A stretch of 42,921 bases of DNA, taken from IMG/VR virus record IMGVR_UViG_3300033463_000305, positions 1 to 42,921 of that record. One strand, given 5' to 3'. Origin of the DNA: a virus. A program made the translations under genes and the position numbers. The notes under the pieces are model-generated. The model searched no databases. It saw only the letters and a program-made list of their open reading frames with translations, and was not told where the DNA came from. This document shows positions 17,315 to 25,071 of this stretch, one piece after another (positions within the stretch are counted from its first letter, which is position 1; every line of letters starts with the position of its first letter).

Positions 17315-18558
17315 TCCCCGGCCTCCTTTCTCCTCATCGAAAGCACCTCCGCTTCCCGCCGGTTCCTCAGCAGCAGGGCGAGCTTCCCCGGCTGCGGATC
17401 AGAGTACTCCACGCTCACCGGCCCCCCGTCCGCCCAGATGTTGTTCCGCCCAAGCAGGGCGCTGACCTGCCGCGGCGTGAGCTGGTAGGTGATCGGATTA
17501 ATTAGGGCAAAATACATCTGTAGAGGATGTTCGGAGAAATACTCGTAAATGCTCTCCCGCGTGGTTCCCACAACGCTGCTGGAAAAGCGCATGTTCCAGG
17601 AGGTACGATACTGGTCTGACACGCGGAACTCATTGATCTGAAGTGCCTCCGTATCCCTTTGCGGATTGTATTTTGCCATATTGCATAACGCTTCGGCTCC
17701 GGTGGCGAACGGAGAGCCGGTGCTATTGTACATCCAAAAAGAGGTGCTGTTGTCTGAGGCCCTGGTCTGCACAGAGGTGATGGAGCTGATTGACTGCGGC
17801 CTGCCCACCACCATATGCGTCGCCGTCAGCACCCCGCTCAGCACATCCAGCGTCCCGCCGTATACCGTGCCCGCCTCGGACTCCCAGGAGATGGGGATAA
17901 CGTCTCCGGCGTATGCTTCGTATGCTGTGGGGGCATAGCCGAGTTCGAGTTGCGGATACAGTTTTATGTCGTAGGTATTTGCGATGTTGTATTCATAACC
18001 AATATCGTACTGATTGTACCATCTAACTCTCTGCCTTGTGCTTGGCTTTGACAAAGTGAACGGTACTCCAGCCAAGAACAAATCACTTGTGTTATCCGAA
18101 TAAACTACTTCTAACTGTATTTTTTTGATTTCGTTCGGAATGTTGCCACCCATCGAAAAAACACACTCAACACCCGGCAACAAGTTTGTCTCAATGAAAA
18201 TATCACCTCCTCCTACGCAATAGGTTGATGTAAATTTCAATGTTGACGTTCCGTAAATGTGAAAACAATTCTGTGTGGGATCATACTCAAATGTAATGCC
18301 GTATACTGTCCTCATAGGATAGTTATGAAGTAAGTTCTTCCCTGCCCTCGTGACCTGCGCCCCCGTCCACCCGCTGATGGGCCGCACGTTCTCCGGGCTG
18401 GGGTCCCCGCTCCCCTCCTGCACGGGCCGGATATCCACCGCCAGGCTCTTCAGCGGAGAGCCGTCCCCCATAAAGCTCACCACGTCGCCGGAGGCGGAGG
18501 AATAGTGCTTCATCCCGGCGGCCAGCAGGGCCAGGGTCTTGTTCGGCTTCACGTTCAT
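17311..18558 (-). CDS. Tail fibre / receptor-binding protein
   Basis: 415 aa from the ATG at 18558 (ATGA overlap). The motif DIRPVQEGSGDPSPENVRPISGWTG is recalled from Firmicutes phage fibre proteins. The central ~400 nt are strikingly AT-rich. Confidence 0.6.
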   Translation of the reverse strand: MNVKPNKTLALLAAGMKHYSSASGDVVSFMGDGSPLKSLAVDIRPVQEGSGDPSPENVRPISGWTGAQVTRAGKNLLHNYPMRTVYGITFEYDPTQNCFHIYGTSTLKFTSTYCVGGGDIFIETNLLPGVECVFSMGGNIPNEIKKIQLEVVYSDNTSDLFLAGVPFTLSKPSTRQRVRWYNQYDIGYEYNIANTYDIKLYPQLELGYAPTAYEAYAGDVIPISWESEAGTVYGGTLDVLSGVLTATHMVVGRPQSISSITSVQTRASDNSTSFWMYNSTGSPFATGAEALCNMAKYNPQRDTEALQINEFRVSDQYRTSWNMRFSSSVVGTTRESIYEYFSEHPLQMYFALINPITYQLTPRQVSALLGRNNIWADGGPVSVEYSDPQPGKLALLLRNRREAEVLSMRRKEAGE

Positions 18559-18908
18559 CCCTCCTGTACCGGGTCGTATCTCTGGCAGTACCACCGCAGG
18601 TATTCCGACCAGGCGTTGTTGAACATCGCCATGGTGTTCTGTGCCCGGTCGTATTCCCCGTTCGCCAGGTCCGCCTGGGCCTGGAGCCACCAGGTATATA
18701 CCCCGGTGTACGGAACCCCTGTCTTCAGCGTTTTCGTCAGGTTTTCCGCCGTGTAGGGCAGCCAGTCCTCCAGGCTCTCCGGCGTCTCCAGCCGGATCTC
18801 CAGGGCGATCTTTCCCTCGATCTCGCTGAGCCAGTTCAGCTTAACCCCCTGGGAGAAGGCGTTGGGCTTTACGCCGTCCAGATAGTCCAGTGCCTGCTGT
18901 ACCGTCAT
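18555..18908 (-). CDS. Putative head-tail adaptor / head completion protein
   Basis: 117 aa with a TGATG overlap. The call rests on its position after the capsid genes and is weak. Confidence 0.4.
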   Translation of the reverse strand: MTVQQALDYLDGVKPNAFSQGVKLNWLSEIEGKIALEIRLETPESLEDWLPYTAENLTKTLKTGVPYTGVYTWWLQAQADLANGEYDRAQNTMAMFNNAWSEYLRWYCQRYDPVQEG

Positions 18909-19321
18909 CACAGCTCCCCCCAGGTCCCGTCCGCGCCCAGGATCAGGGTGCTCCCGCCCCGCACCAGGGCGATGCTCCAGGGGGCGGGGGCGGCGGTCTT
19001 CCCCCCGGTGGACAGGCTCATGCCCTCCGTGGTGGGCAGGTACGCAGCATCATCCGCGCTGTCGCAGCCGTACAGGCAGCGCCGCTTGCCGCTCACCATC
19101 TCCTCCGGCGTGTCCAGATACCCCAGGAAGGTCACCCCCGCGGCGCTCCCGCTCCGCAGCACAGGCGCGTCCCTGGTCCCGCCCAGCACCCAGGCTCCCT
19201 CCCGGAGGGAGCTGTCAGCGGAGCTGACTGAGGGAGCCCGCGTCTCCTCCCCGTCAAGGATCTCCGTATCCCGTTCCGGGTCAAGCTCCTCCCGGATCTG
19301 CTCTCTCTCGTCCATTGTCAT
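18908..19321 (-). CDS. Hypothetical virion-module protein (137 aa)
   Basis: AAAGGAGGACA precedes the ATG at 19321. The N-terminus is acidic. No family was recognised. Confidence 0.5.
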   Translation of the reverse strand: MTMDEREQIREELDPERDTEILDGEETRAPSVSSADSSLREGAWVLGGTRDAPVLRSGSAAGVTFLGYLDTPEEMVSGKRRCLYGCDSADDAAYLPTTEGMSLSTGGKTAAPAPWSIALVRGGSTLILGADGTWGEL

Positions 19322-19380
19322 GTCCTCCTTTTGCGCAGGAGGCCGGGGTTTCCTCCGGCCTCCTCTCCGTTGCTTACTTA

Positions 19381-19596
19381 TCAGGTTGCGGTGGCGATGA
19401 TCCCCGCTGCCCGCAGGGAATCCAGCAGCGCCTTGAACTCTGCCGCTGTGGGCGCGGTGCTCGCCGCGTCAGCCACTGCCGCCCCCTGCTTCACCACCCC
19501 CGCTTTGGTGGTGGTGGCGGCGGGCAGGTCCACCGTGCCGCTGCTTTTCAGGTCCCCCGTGACCTCCAGGTTGGTGAGCTTCGTGTAGTCAGGCAT
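19381..19596 (-). CDS. Head fibre-like small protein
   Basis: 71 aa with GGGAGGG RBS. ..AGVVKQGAAVADAASTAPTAAEFKALLDSLRAAGII.. resembles (from memory) head-fibre proteins encoded right after the major capsid gene. Confidence 0.45.
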   Translation of the reverse strand: MPDYTKLTNLEVTGDLKSSGTVDLPAATTTKAGVVKQGAAVADAASTAPTAAEFKALLDSLRAAGIIATAT

Positions 19597-19611
19597 ATCT
19601 CAGCCCTCCCG

Positions 19612-20616
19612 TCAGCTCAGGTCGGTCGCGCCGGAGACGCCCGCGCAGGCGATCCCCCGCCAGTCGTGGAAGCCGGCGGTGAACCGGGCCCGGCCGCGCC
19701 ATACGTTGGCGTCCGTGTTGTCGTCGATCTTGGAGCTGACCTCCAGGGCCACACGGTCCAGCCAGATCAGGGTGCCGTACTCCTTGTTGTACCGGCTGTC
19801 CAGCAGCAGCCAGGGCGCGGTGCCGGAGCTGATGTACTGGTTCAGGTAGTTCCATACGATCACGTTCCAGCGCCCGAACTGGTAGTTGAAGGCGTTGTTG
19901 GCGGTGGTGGGCTCCTTGTCCGCACCGATGGCGGCGAACACGGCCTTTTTCAGGCTGTGGATGTTGGGGATGAGGATGGTGTCCGGGGCCACGTCCAGGA
20001 TCTCCCCATTGTCCCCCCGGGTGTTCTGCATCTTGGTCTCCAGCATCCCAAGGGCGTCGTCGGAGAAGGCGTCGGACCACAGATTGCACTGGGTTACGCC
20101 CTTCACCTTGCTGGGGTGTGAGGCGTAAAACAGGTTCTGCCCGTCCGCCCCCTTCAGGTCGAACTTGCCCCCCGCGAACTTCACGCTGCCGTTTCCCTGG
20201 ATGGCGTTCCCCAGCAGGGCCGCGCCGAACTTCTCCCGGGTGCGGTAATAGGCGGTGATGAAGGCCAGGGGCTTCTTCTTCAGGTCCATGAGCTGGCTGT
20301 CCTCGATGATCTTCTTGGAGATGGCGAAGGAGTCCTTCCACTCCACGCTCTCCATCACCTTGGAATAGCCCTCCTCCATGCCGTCCCGGGGATAGGCCCC
20401 GTTCTCCCCGGCAACCTGGAACCCGTCCATGGCGGTGAGGCTGGTGAACTTCTCTCCGAAGTGGGTGCTCTTCTCCATGCTGAACAGCTCCTTGATCACG
20501 CTGTTCTGCTCGAAGGACTCCCCCTTCTTCTCGACGAAGGACCGGATGGCGGCCTGGGACTTGCCGAAAATGCTGTCGGTAACGCCGCTGGCCTCAGAAA
20601 ATACGATACCTGCCAT
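19612..20616 (-). CDS. Major capsid protein (HK97-fold inferred)
   Basis: 334 aa with GGAAGGAGGAAG RBS. It follows the scaffold and a small accessory gene, and its size and position are typical of a capsid gene. Confidence 0.7.
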   Translation of the reverse strand: MAGIVFSEASGVTDSIFGKSQAAIRSFVEKKGESFEQNSVIKELFSMEKSTHFGEKFTSLTAMDGFQVAGENGAYPRDGMEEGYSKVMESVEWKDSFAISKKIIEDSQLMDLKKKPLAFITAYYRTREKFGAALLGNAIQGNGSVKFAGGKFDLKGADGQNLFYASHPSKVKGVTQCNLWSDAFSDDALGMLETKMQNTRGDNGEILDVAPDTILIPNIHSLKKAVFAAIGADKEPTTANNAFNYQFGRWNVIVWNYLNQYISSGTAPWLLLDSRYNKEYGTLIWLDRVALEVSSKIDDNTDANVWRGRARFTAGFHDWRGIACAGVSGATDLS

Positions 20617-20634
20617 TGTGCTCTTCCTCCTTCC

Positions 20635-21039
20635 TTACAGAAACTTGACCAGGGTGGGATTGCCGGTGCCGCTGCCGTCCACCTTGTCGATGATGGTGGC
20701 CACGCCGGAGCTGGTGGTGGCCGTGATCTGCATGCCGTCGGAATGGATGGTGACGGCGGTGCCGATGGCCACGTCCGCCAGGCTGGCCTGGTTGGTGGTC
20801 TCGAAGATGATGTCGGGCGCGACGGCGATCACGGGGATCAGGGTGCCCGCAGCCAGGGCGGCGGCCTCTTCGCGCATGCAGATATAGGTAGGCTTGGTGG
20901 TGCCGGTGCACTTGACCAGCTTCCCGCTGGAAAGCACCAGCGCCATGCCGATCTTCGGGGCGTCGCTGCCGGTGCAGGGGAGATACTCCCAGGGCTGCAC
21001 ACGCCCGTCCTCATTGCTATGAGGGATAAAACCTCTCAT
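20635..21039 (-). CDS. Putative capsid accessory/decoration protein
   Basis: 134 aa with AAAGGAG RBS. It lies between the scaffold and major capsid genes. Confidence 0.4.
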   Translation of the reverse strand: MRGFIPHSNEDGRVQPWEYLPCTGSDAPKIGMALVLSSGKLVKCTGTTKPTYICMREEAAALAAGTLIPVIAVAPDIIFETTNQASLADVAIGTAVTIHSDGMQITATTSSGVATIIDKVDGSGTGNPTLVKFL

Positions 21040-21054
21040 GGGTAATTACTCCTT

Positions 21055-21996
21055 TCATCGTTTCATTTTTTTCAGGTCCGCGGCGTACATCCGCTGGATC
21101 TCCGCCGCGGTGGCCTCCGGGAAGAACACCCGGTACTGCGCGGCGATGTCGCCGGGGACGGACTCCGCGCCGGTCCCCTGGGCCTTTGTGGCGGAAAGAT
21201 GGTCTTTGCTGGCGGCCTGGAGCCTGGCGGCCTCCGCCGCCTTATTCTGCCGCAGGGAGGCAAGCCGCTCCTCCGCGGCCAGCTTGTAGGCGTCCAGGAA
21301 GCCCAGGCCCTTGGAGACGTAACCCCGGAACCGCTCCCCCGCCTCGCTGCGGAGGATCGCGCCCAGGTCCGCCATCTCCGGGTCCATCTCCCGGATCTGC
21401 TCCAGCTCCCGCCGGATCCGGGGATCCATGCCTCCGGCGTCCCCGTCCCCCCGCAGGGCCTGGCGCCCCTCGAAGAGGGGAGCTGTCGGCGAAGCCGACT
21501 GAGGGGTCCCCCCCGTCTCCCGCTGCAGCTCCTCCCGGGCCACGGCCCGCACGTCCGCCTCCGTGGGCTTCCCTGCGTCGAAGCGCCCCTTCCGGAGCTT
21601 GGCCTCGTAGGCTTTGAGCTTTTCGGCGGTGTCCACCGCCTCCCCGGTGGCCGGGTCGGTAAAGCCCATGCGGGAAATGACCTCGTTCATCTCCTGCATG
21701 GCGGCCTTCCGGCCCGCCTCCTCAGCCTCACGGCGTCTCCGCCCCCACGCCTGCCGCACCCGCTCCTCGGGCGTCTGTTCCGGCTTTTTCTCCCCAGTGT
21801 CCTTTTCCCGCCCCTCTGCGGGCTGGCTGGCCCCGTCTGTATCCGTGCCCTGCTCCTGCCCGTCCTGTGTCTCCCGGGCGGCTTCCCGCCCCTCCTCGGG
21901 GGCGTTATCGGCGGTCTCCGCGGCGGAGTCTGTATCCTCCGCCGCGTCCTCCCCCGTTTCGATCTCAAAAAGCGCGTTGTAATCGATGTTGTCCAT
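21055..21996 (-). CDS. Scaffolding protein
   Basis: 313 aa. The N-terminus is highly acidic and the rest is helical and charged. It lies between the portal and capsid genes. Confidence 0.6.
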   Translation of the reverse strand: MDNIDYNALFEIETGEDAAEDTDSAAETADNAPEEGREAARETQDGQEQGTDTDGASQPAEGREKDTGEKKPEQTPEERVRQAWGRRRREAEEAGRKAAMQEMNEVISRMGFTDPATGEAVDTAEKLKAYEAKLRKGRFDAGKPTEADVRAVAREELQRETGGTPQSASPTAPLFEGRQALRGDGDAGGMDPRIRRELEQIREMDPEMADLGAILRSEAGERFRGYVSKGLGFLDAYKLAAEERLASLRQNKAAEAARLQAASKDHLSATKAQGTGAESVPGDIAAQYRVFFPEATAAEIQRMYAADLKKMKR

Positions 21997-22100
21997 GATA
22001 TCCTCCCTTTTTGCGCCTGGGCGGCGAACAGATTTTTACGCTGTTCAGTGCGAATTTTGTCATTGCGAGGCCCCGGAGGGGCCGCGGCAATCCGTTCTCC

Positions 22101-22223
22101 TTACTTGCTCCGGAGATCGCTGCCCTTTTTGACGGTGCCTTTGCCCTTCTTGGGGGCGGCCTGGGCCGGGGCCTTCACCACCTGGCTCCCGGTCTGCTGG
22201 ATCTTCCCTTTATAATCGGCCAT
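22101..22223 (-). CDS. Small basic protein (40 aa), not in the ORF track
   Basis: GGAAGGAGGAGAGAGCG precedes the ATG at 22223. Translation: MADYKGKIQQTGSQVVKAPAQAAPKKGKGTVKKGSDLRSK, then stop. Confidence 0.45.
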   Translation of the reverse strand: MADYKGKIQQTGSQVVKAPAQAAPKKGKGTVKKGSDLRSK

Positions 22224-22394
22224 CGCTCTCTCCTCCTTCCTGATGGTTTTTGCCCTAAACGAGGAAAAAGAGCACGTTAAGCGTGATTTTTGCTCATTTC
22301 AGGGGAATTTTTGCGCGTTATCTGCGAAAACCGGCGTTTTTGCGCTGCTGCCCTGCGAAATAGGCCCTTTTCCGCTGGCCGGGCGAATATGGAT

Positions 22395-24374
22395 TCAGGC
22401 CGTCGGCCTGGCTCTCCCCATCATGGCGTCCCGGCGGGCGTCCTCCATGGCGGCCCGCTGGGCCTCCAGCGCGGCCTGCTGTTCCGCCCGGCCCCGGTCA
22501 TAGTCCCGCTGCTCCGCCTCCAGGGCGGCCTGCCGCTGCTGGGCCTCCATGGCCGCCTGCTGCTGGGCGGCCTGCTCCTGCTGCATGGCCCGGATCCGCT
22601 GCTCCATGAATTCCCGGGCGTCGCTGGCGTTGGGATAGTGGAGCTTTTCCATCTCGGTCCAGTACATCAGGAGGGTCTGGGGATCCTGGGGACTCCCGAA
22701 GGCCCCCAGCTGGAGCATCTGCGTCATCTCCTGCCACATCTGGGGCCGGTTCGCCGCCAGGGGGGCGGAGGTGTCGCAGGAGAAGAGGAACCGGTCGTCG
22801 TCCAGGATGCAGTGCCATTTCCCCGCGGCGTCCCGCTCGTAGAAATCATACCGGCTGAACTCCTCGTACTGGGCCGCGCCCCGGTTGTCCTCCGCAACCA
22901 CGGGCCGGGGCTCGTCGGCGTAGGCTACCTTCAGCTGCACGATGCGCTTGAAGAGCTCCGCATACGCCGCCTCCTTCAGCACTCGCTTGCTTTCCAGCCT
23001 GCCCGCGCTCTGCTGGGCGGCAAACTGCTTTGCCACGCCGGACTGCGCAGTGGTGTCCCGCCGCCCCTGGAAGGAGTCCGTGATCCCCAGGGCCTGCCGC
23101 GCCTCCTCGTACACCTGGGCCAGATACGCCATCTCATACTGGAGGTCCCCGGAGAACTGAAACAGGCCGATGGCCGCCTTGTCCGCCGGATTCCCGATGA
23201 ACCACCGCTCCCCGTCCTCGGGATCGTTCCGGAAGTCCGCCCGGTCCGGCAGGGTGATCCGCGTCCCAGCCTTGATGAGCCGGTCGATCATCTTTGTCTC
23301 CATGCGGGAAACCGTGTTCTGCTGGTCCTCGATCTTGTCCACATCCGAATCCCCCAGGAGCTGCCCGAAGAGGGATACGTTCCGCTGGAGGAACACGGGG
23401 AAGCAGTCCGGGTGATAATACGGCAGCTCCGCGGGCTGGATCCGCACCACGGGCCCCGCCGGGGTCTCCTGCATCACCGGCTGCCCGCCGATCTGCTCCC
23501 CCAGGGGCGTGGTGATGGGGGAAATGATCTCCTCCACTTCCTCCGCCCGCTCCGTAAGCCGCCCCCCGCACTCCGGACAGGTTTTTACGCTCCTGTCCGG
23601 CTCGGGCCTGCCGCATTGCTCGCAGCGCCGGAGCTTCCGGGCGGCGTAGTCCTCCAGGTCCTCCAGCACCGTGTCGTTCACCCAGGAGAGCTTGCCGATC
23701 TTCCCGCACTCGCCCCGGTAGTACACCACGTACTGGGTGACCAGGTCTTCCGCCTCGGCGGCCTCGCTGCCCAGGGTCCGGACCTCGGGTTTTTCCTCCC
23801 CCTCGTCCACGTCCTTCCCATACCGGGCCTTGATCCCCGCCCTGGTCTGGGGCAGCCGCAGGGCAATGGCGTCCATATCCTCCACCCGCCCGAATACCCC
23901 GTTCTGGGGGATCACCTGCTTGGGGTGCAGCAGCGTTACCGCCACGTCCCCCACGGTGCTGTGGGTCCTGGCGGAGTTGTCCCATTCCACCAGCCAGAAG
24001 GCCCCGCCCTGGATGGGGATGGTCCGTTCCGCCTGGTCGTTCAGCTCCTCCATGGGCAGCCGGTCCAGCTCGTTCCGGAGCATATCCTCCAGGATCTTCG
24101 CCCGCCCTTCGTCCGCCTTCCGCCGGGCGGTCACCTTGGGCTGCGGAATCACGCTGTTTACCTCGCTCTCGATATTCTCCGCAATGATGTTCCGCAGGTG
24201 GGCGGTCTTGCGATAGCTCCCGTCCTTGGCCCTGTCCTTGGCGGTGAGGGGCTCGATCTCCCGCACCTCTCCCCGGTACAGCGCCTCCCGGTGATCCATC
24301 CGGGAAAGCTGATCCCCATAGGCGCTCTCCTGCCGGGATACCCAGTCCTGCCAGTATGTCAGATCGTGCTTCAT
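22395..24374 (-). CDS. Portal protein with inserted CxxC..CxxC zinc ribbon
   Basis: 659 aa located downstream of the terminase genes, separated from terL by two small ORFs (24718..25071 and 24371..24721). The C-terminal tail is Q/A-rich and helical. CEQCGRPEPDRSVKTCPECGG spans residues 251-270. Confidence 0.75.
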   Translation of the reverse strand: MKHDLTYWQDWVSRQESAYGDQLSRMDHREALYRGEVREIEPLTAKDRAKDGSYRKTAHLRNIIAENIESEVNSVIPQPKVTARRKADEGRAKILEDMLRNELDRLPMEELNDQAERTIPIQGGAFWLVEWDNSARTHSTVGDVAVTLLHPKQVIPQNGVFGRVEDMDAIALRLPQTRAGIKARYGKDVDEGEEKPEVRTLGSEAAEAEDLVTQYVVYYRGECGKIGKLSWVNDTVLEDLEDYAARKLRRCEQCGRPEPDRSVKTCPECGGRLTERAEEVEEIISPITTPLGEQIGGQPVMQETPAGPVVRIQPAELPYYHPDCFPVFLQRNVSLFGQLLGDSDVDKIEDQQNTVSRMETKMIDRLIKAGTRITLPDRADFRNDPEDGERWFIGNPADKAAIGLFQFSGDLQYEMAYLAQVYEEARQALGITDSFQGRRDTTAQSGVAKQFAAQQSAGRLESKRVLKEAAYAELFKRIVQLKVAYADEPRPVVAEDNRGAAQYEEFSRYDFYERDAAGKWHCILDDDRFLFSCDTSAPLAANRPQMWQEMTQMLQLGAFGSPQDPQTLLMYWTEMEKLHYPNASDAREFMEQRIRAMQQEQAAQQQAAMEAQQRQAALEAEQRDYDRGRAEQQAALEAQRAAMEDARRDAMMGRARPTA

Positions 24375-24721
24375 GCTCTCTTTGCCTCCACCAGCGCCCT
24401 GGCCAGATCGTCCAGGATCATATGCGACACCCGCTCCAGCATGGCGTCTCCCTCGAAATACAGTGACATTTTGAGATGCATGAGCTCATGCACCAGGGTC
24501 TTTTCTGCATCGTAGGGAATCACCCGCTCGCCGTAGAATATGGGATCGATCAGCTCAATCCTTGCGGTCTTGGAACTCTCCTGATAATCCACGCACCCGT
24601 CCGCTTCCGGGTCCGCCATATTCTCCGGTCTGCAATTGGTCAGCAGCTTGATCCTCCAGCTTTGCAGGCCCAACCTTTCCTTCCACTCGATCAGCAGCTT
24701 CTGCAGCTCCTCGTCCGTCAT
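24371..24721 (-). CDS. Small HExxH-motif protein (putative zincin-like)
   Basis: 116 aa with ATGA overlaps at both ends. It carries the motif TLVHELMHLK. Confidence 0.55.
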   Translation of the reverse strand: MTDEELQKLLIEWKERLGLQSWRIKLLTNCRPENMADPEADGCVDYQESSKTARIELIDPIFYGERVIPYDAEKTLVHELMHLKMSLYFEGDAMLERVSHMILDDLARALVEAKRA

Positions 24722-25071
24722 GCTCTTTTTGCCTCCCTGCTAAGCAGCCCAATTGCGGCCTCAACATGCCACAGAGCCTCATCATCCTGCTCCCTTGCTC
24801 GGCAGCGCAGTCTGTCCCGGACGATCTCCAGCAGATCAGCGTCGGTCATGCCCAGTCCTGTGCCGTGCTCCATGAGCACCACGACCCCGCCGCCGGTGTC
24901 TCTCTGCTGGACGAGATATCTGTACCAGATACCGTCTTGCCCTGGGGATCGCCAGCGGAAAATATCATTGTGGCTCCTGCTCATTGTTACAAGCTGATCT
25001 CCGCGGAGTTTTTCGATTATTTTTGATTTTTGCTGCTCCGTCTTTTCCCCCGTCAATTCGGCGCCCCCCAT
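24718..25071 (-). CDS. Hypothetical protein (117 aa; start uncertain)
   Basis: The in-frame ATG at 25071 overlaps the terL end. The longer 25140 start would lie deep inside terL. Confidence 0.45.
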   Translation of the reverse strand: MGGAELTGEKTEQQKSKIIEKLRGDQLVTMSRSHNDIFRWRSPGQDGIWYRYLVQQRDTGGGVVVLMEHGTGLGMTDADLLEIVRDRLRCRAREQDDEALWHVEAAIGLLSREAKRA

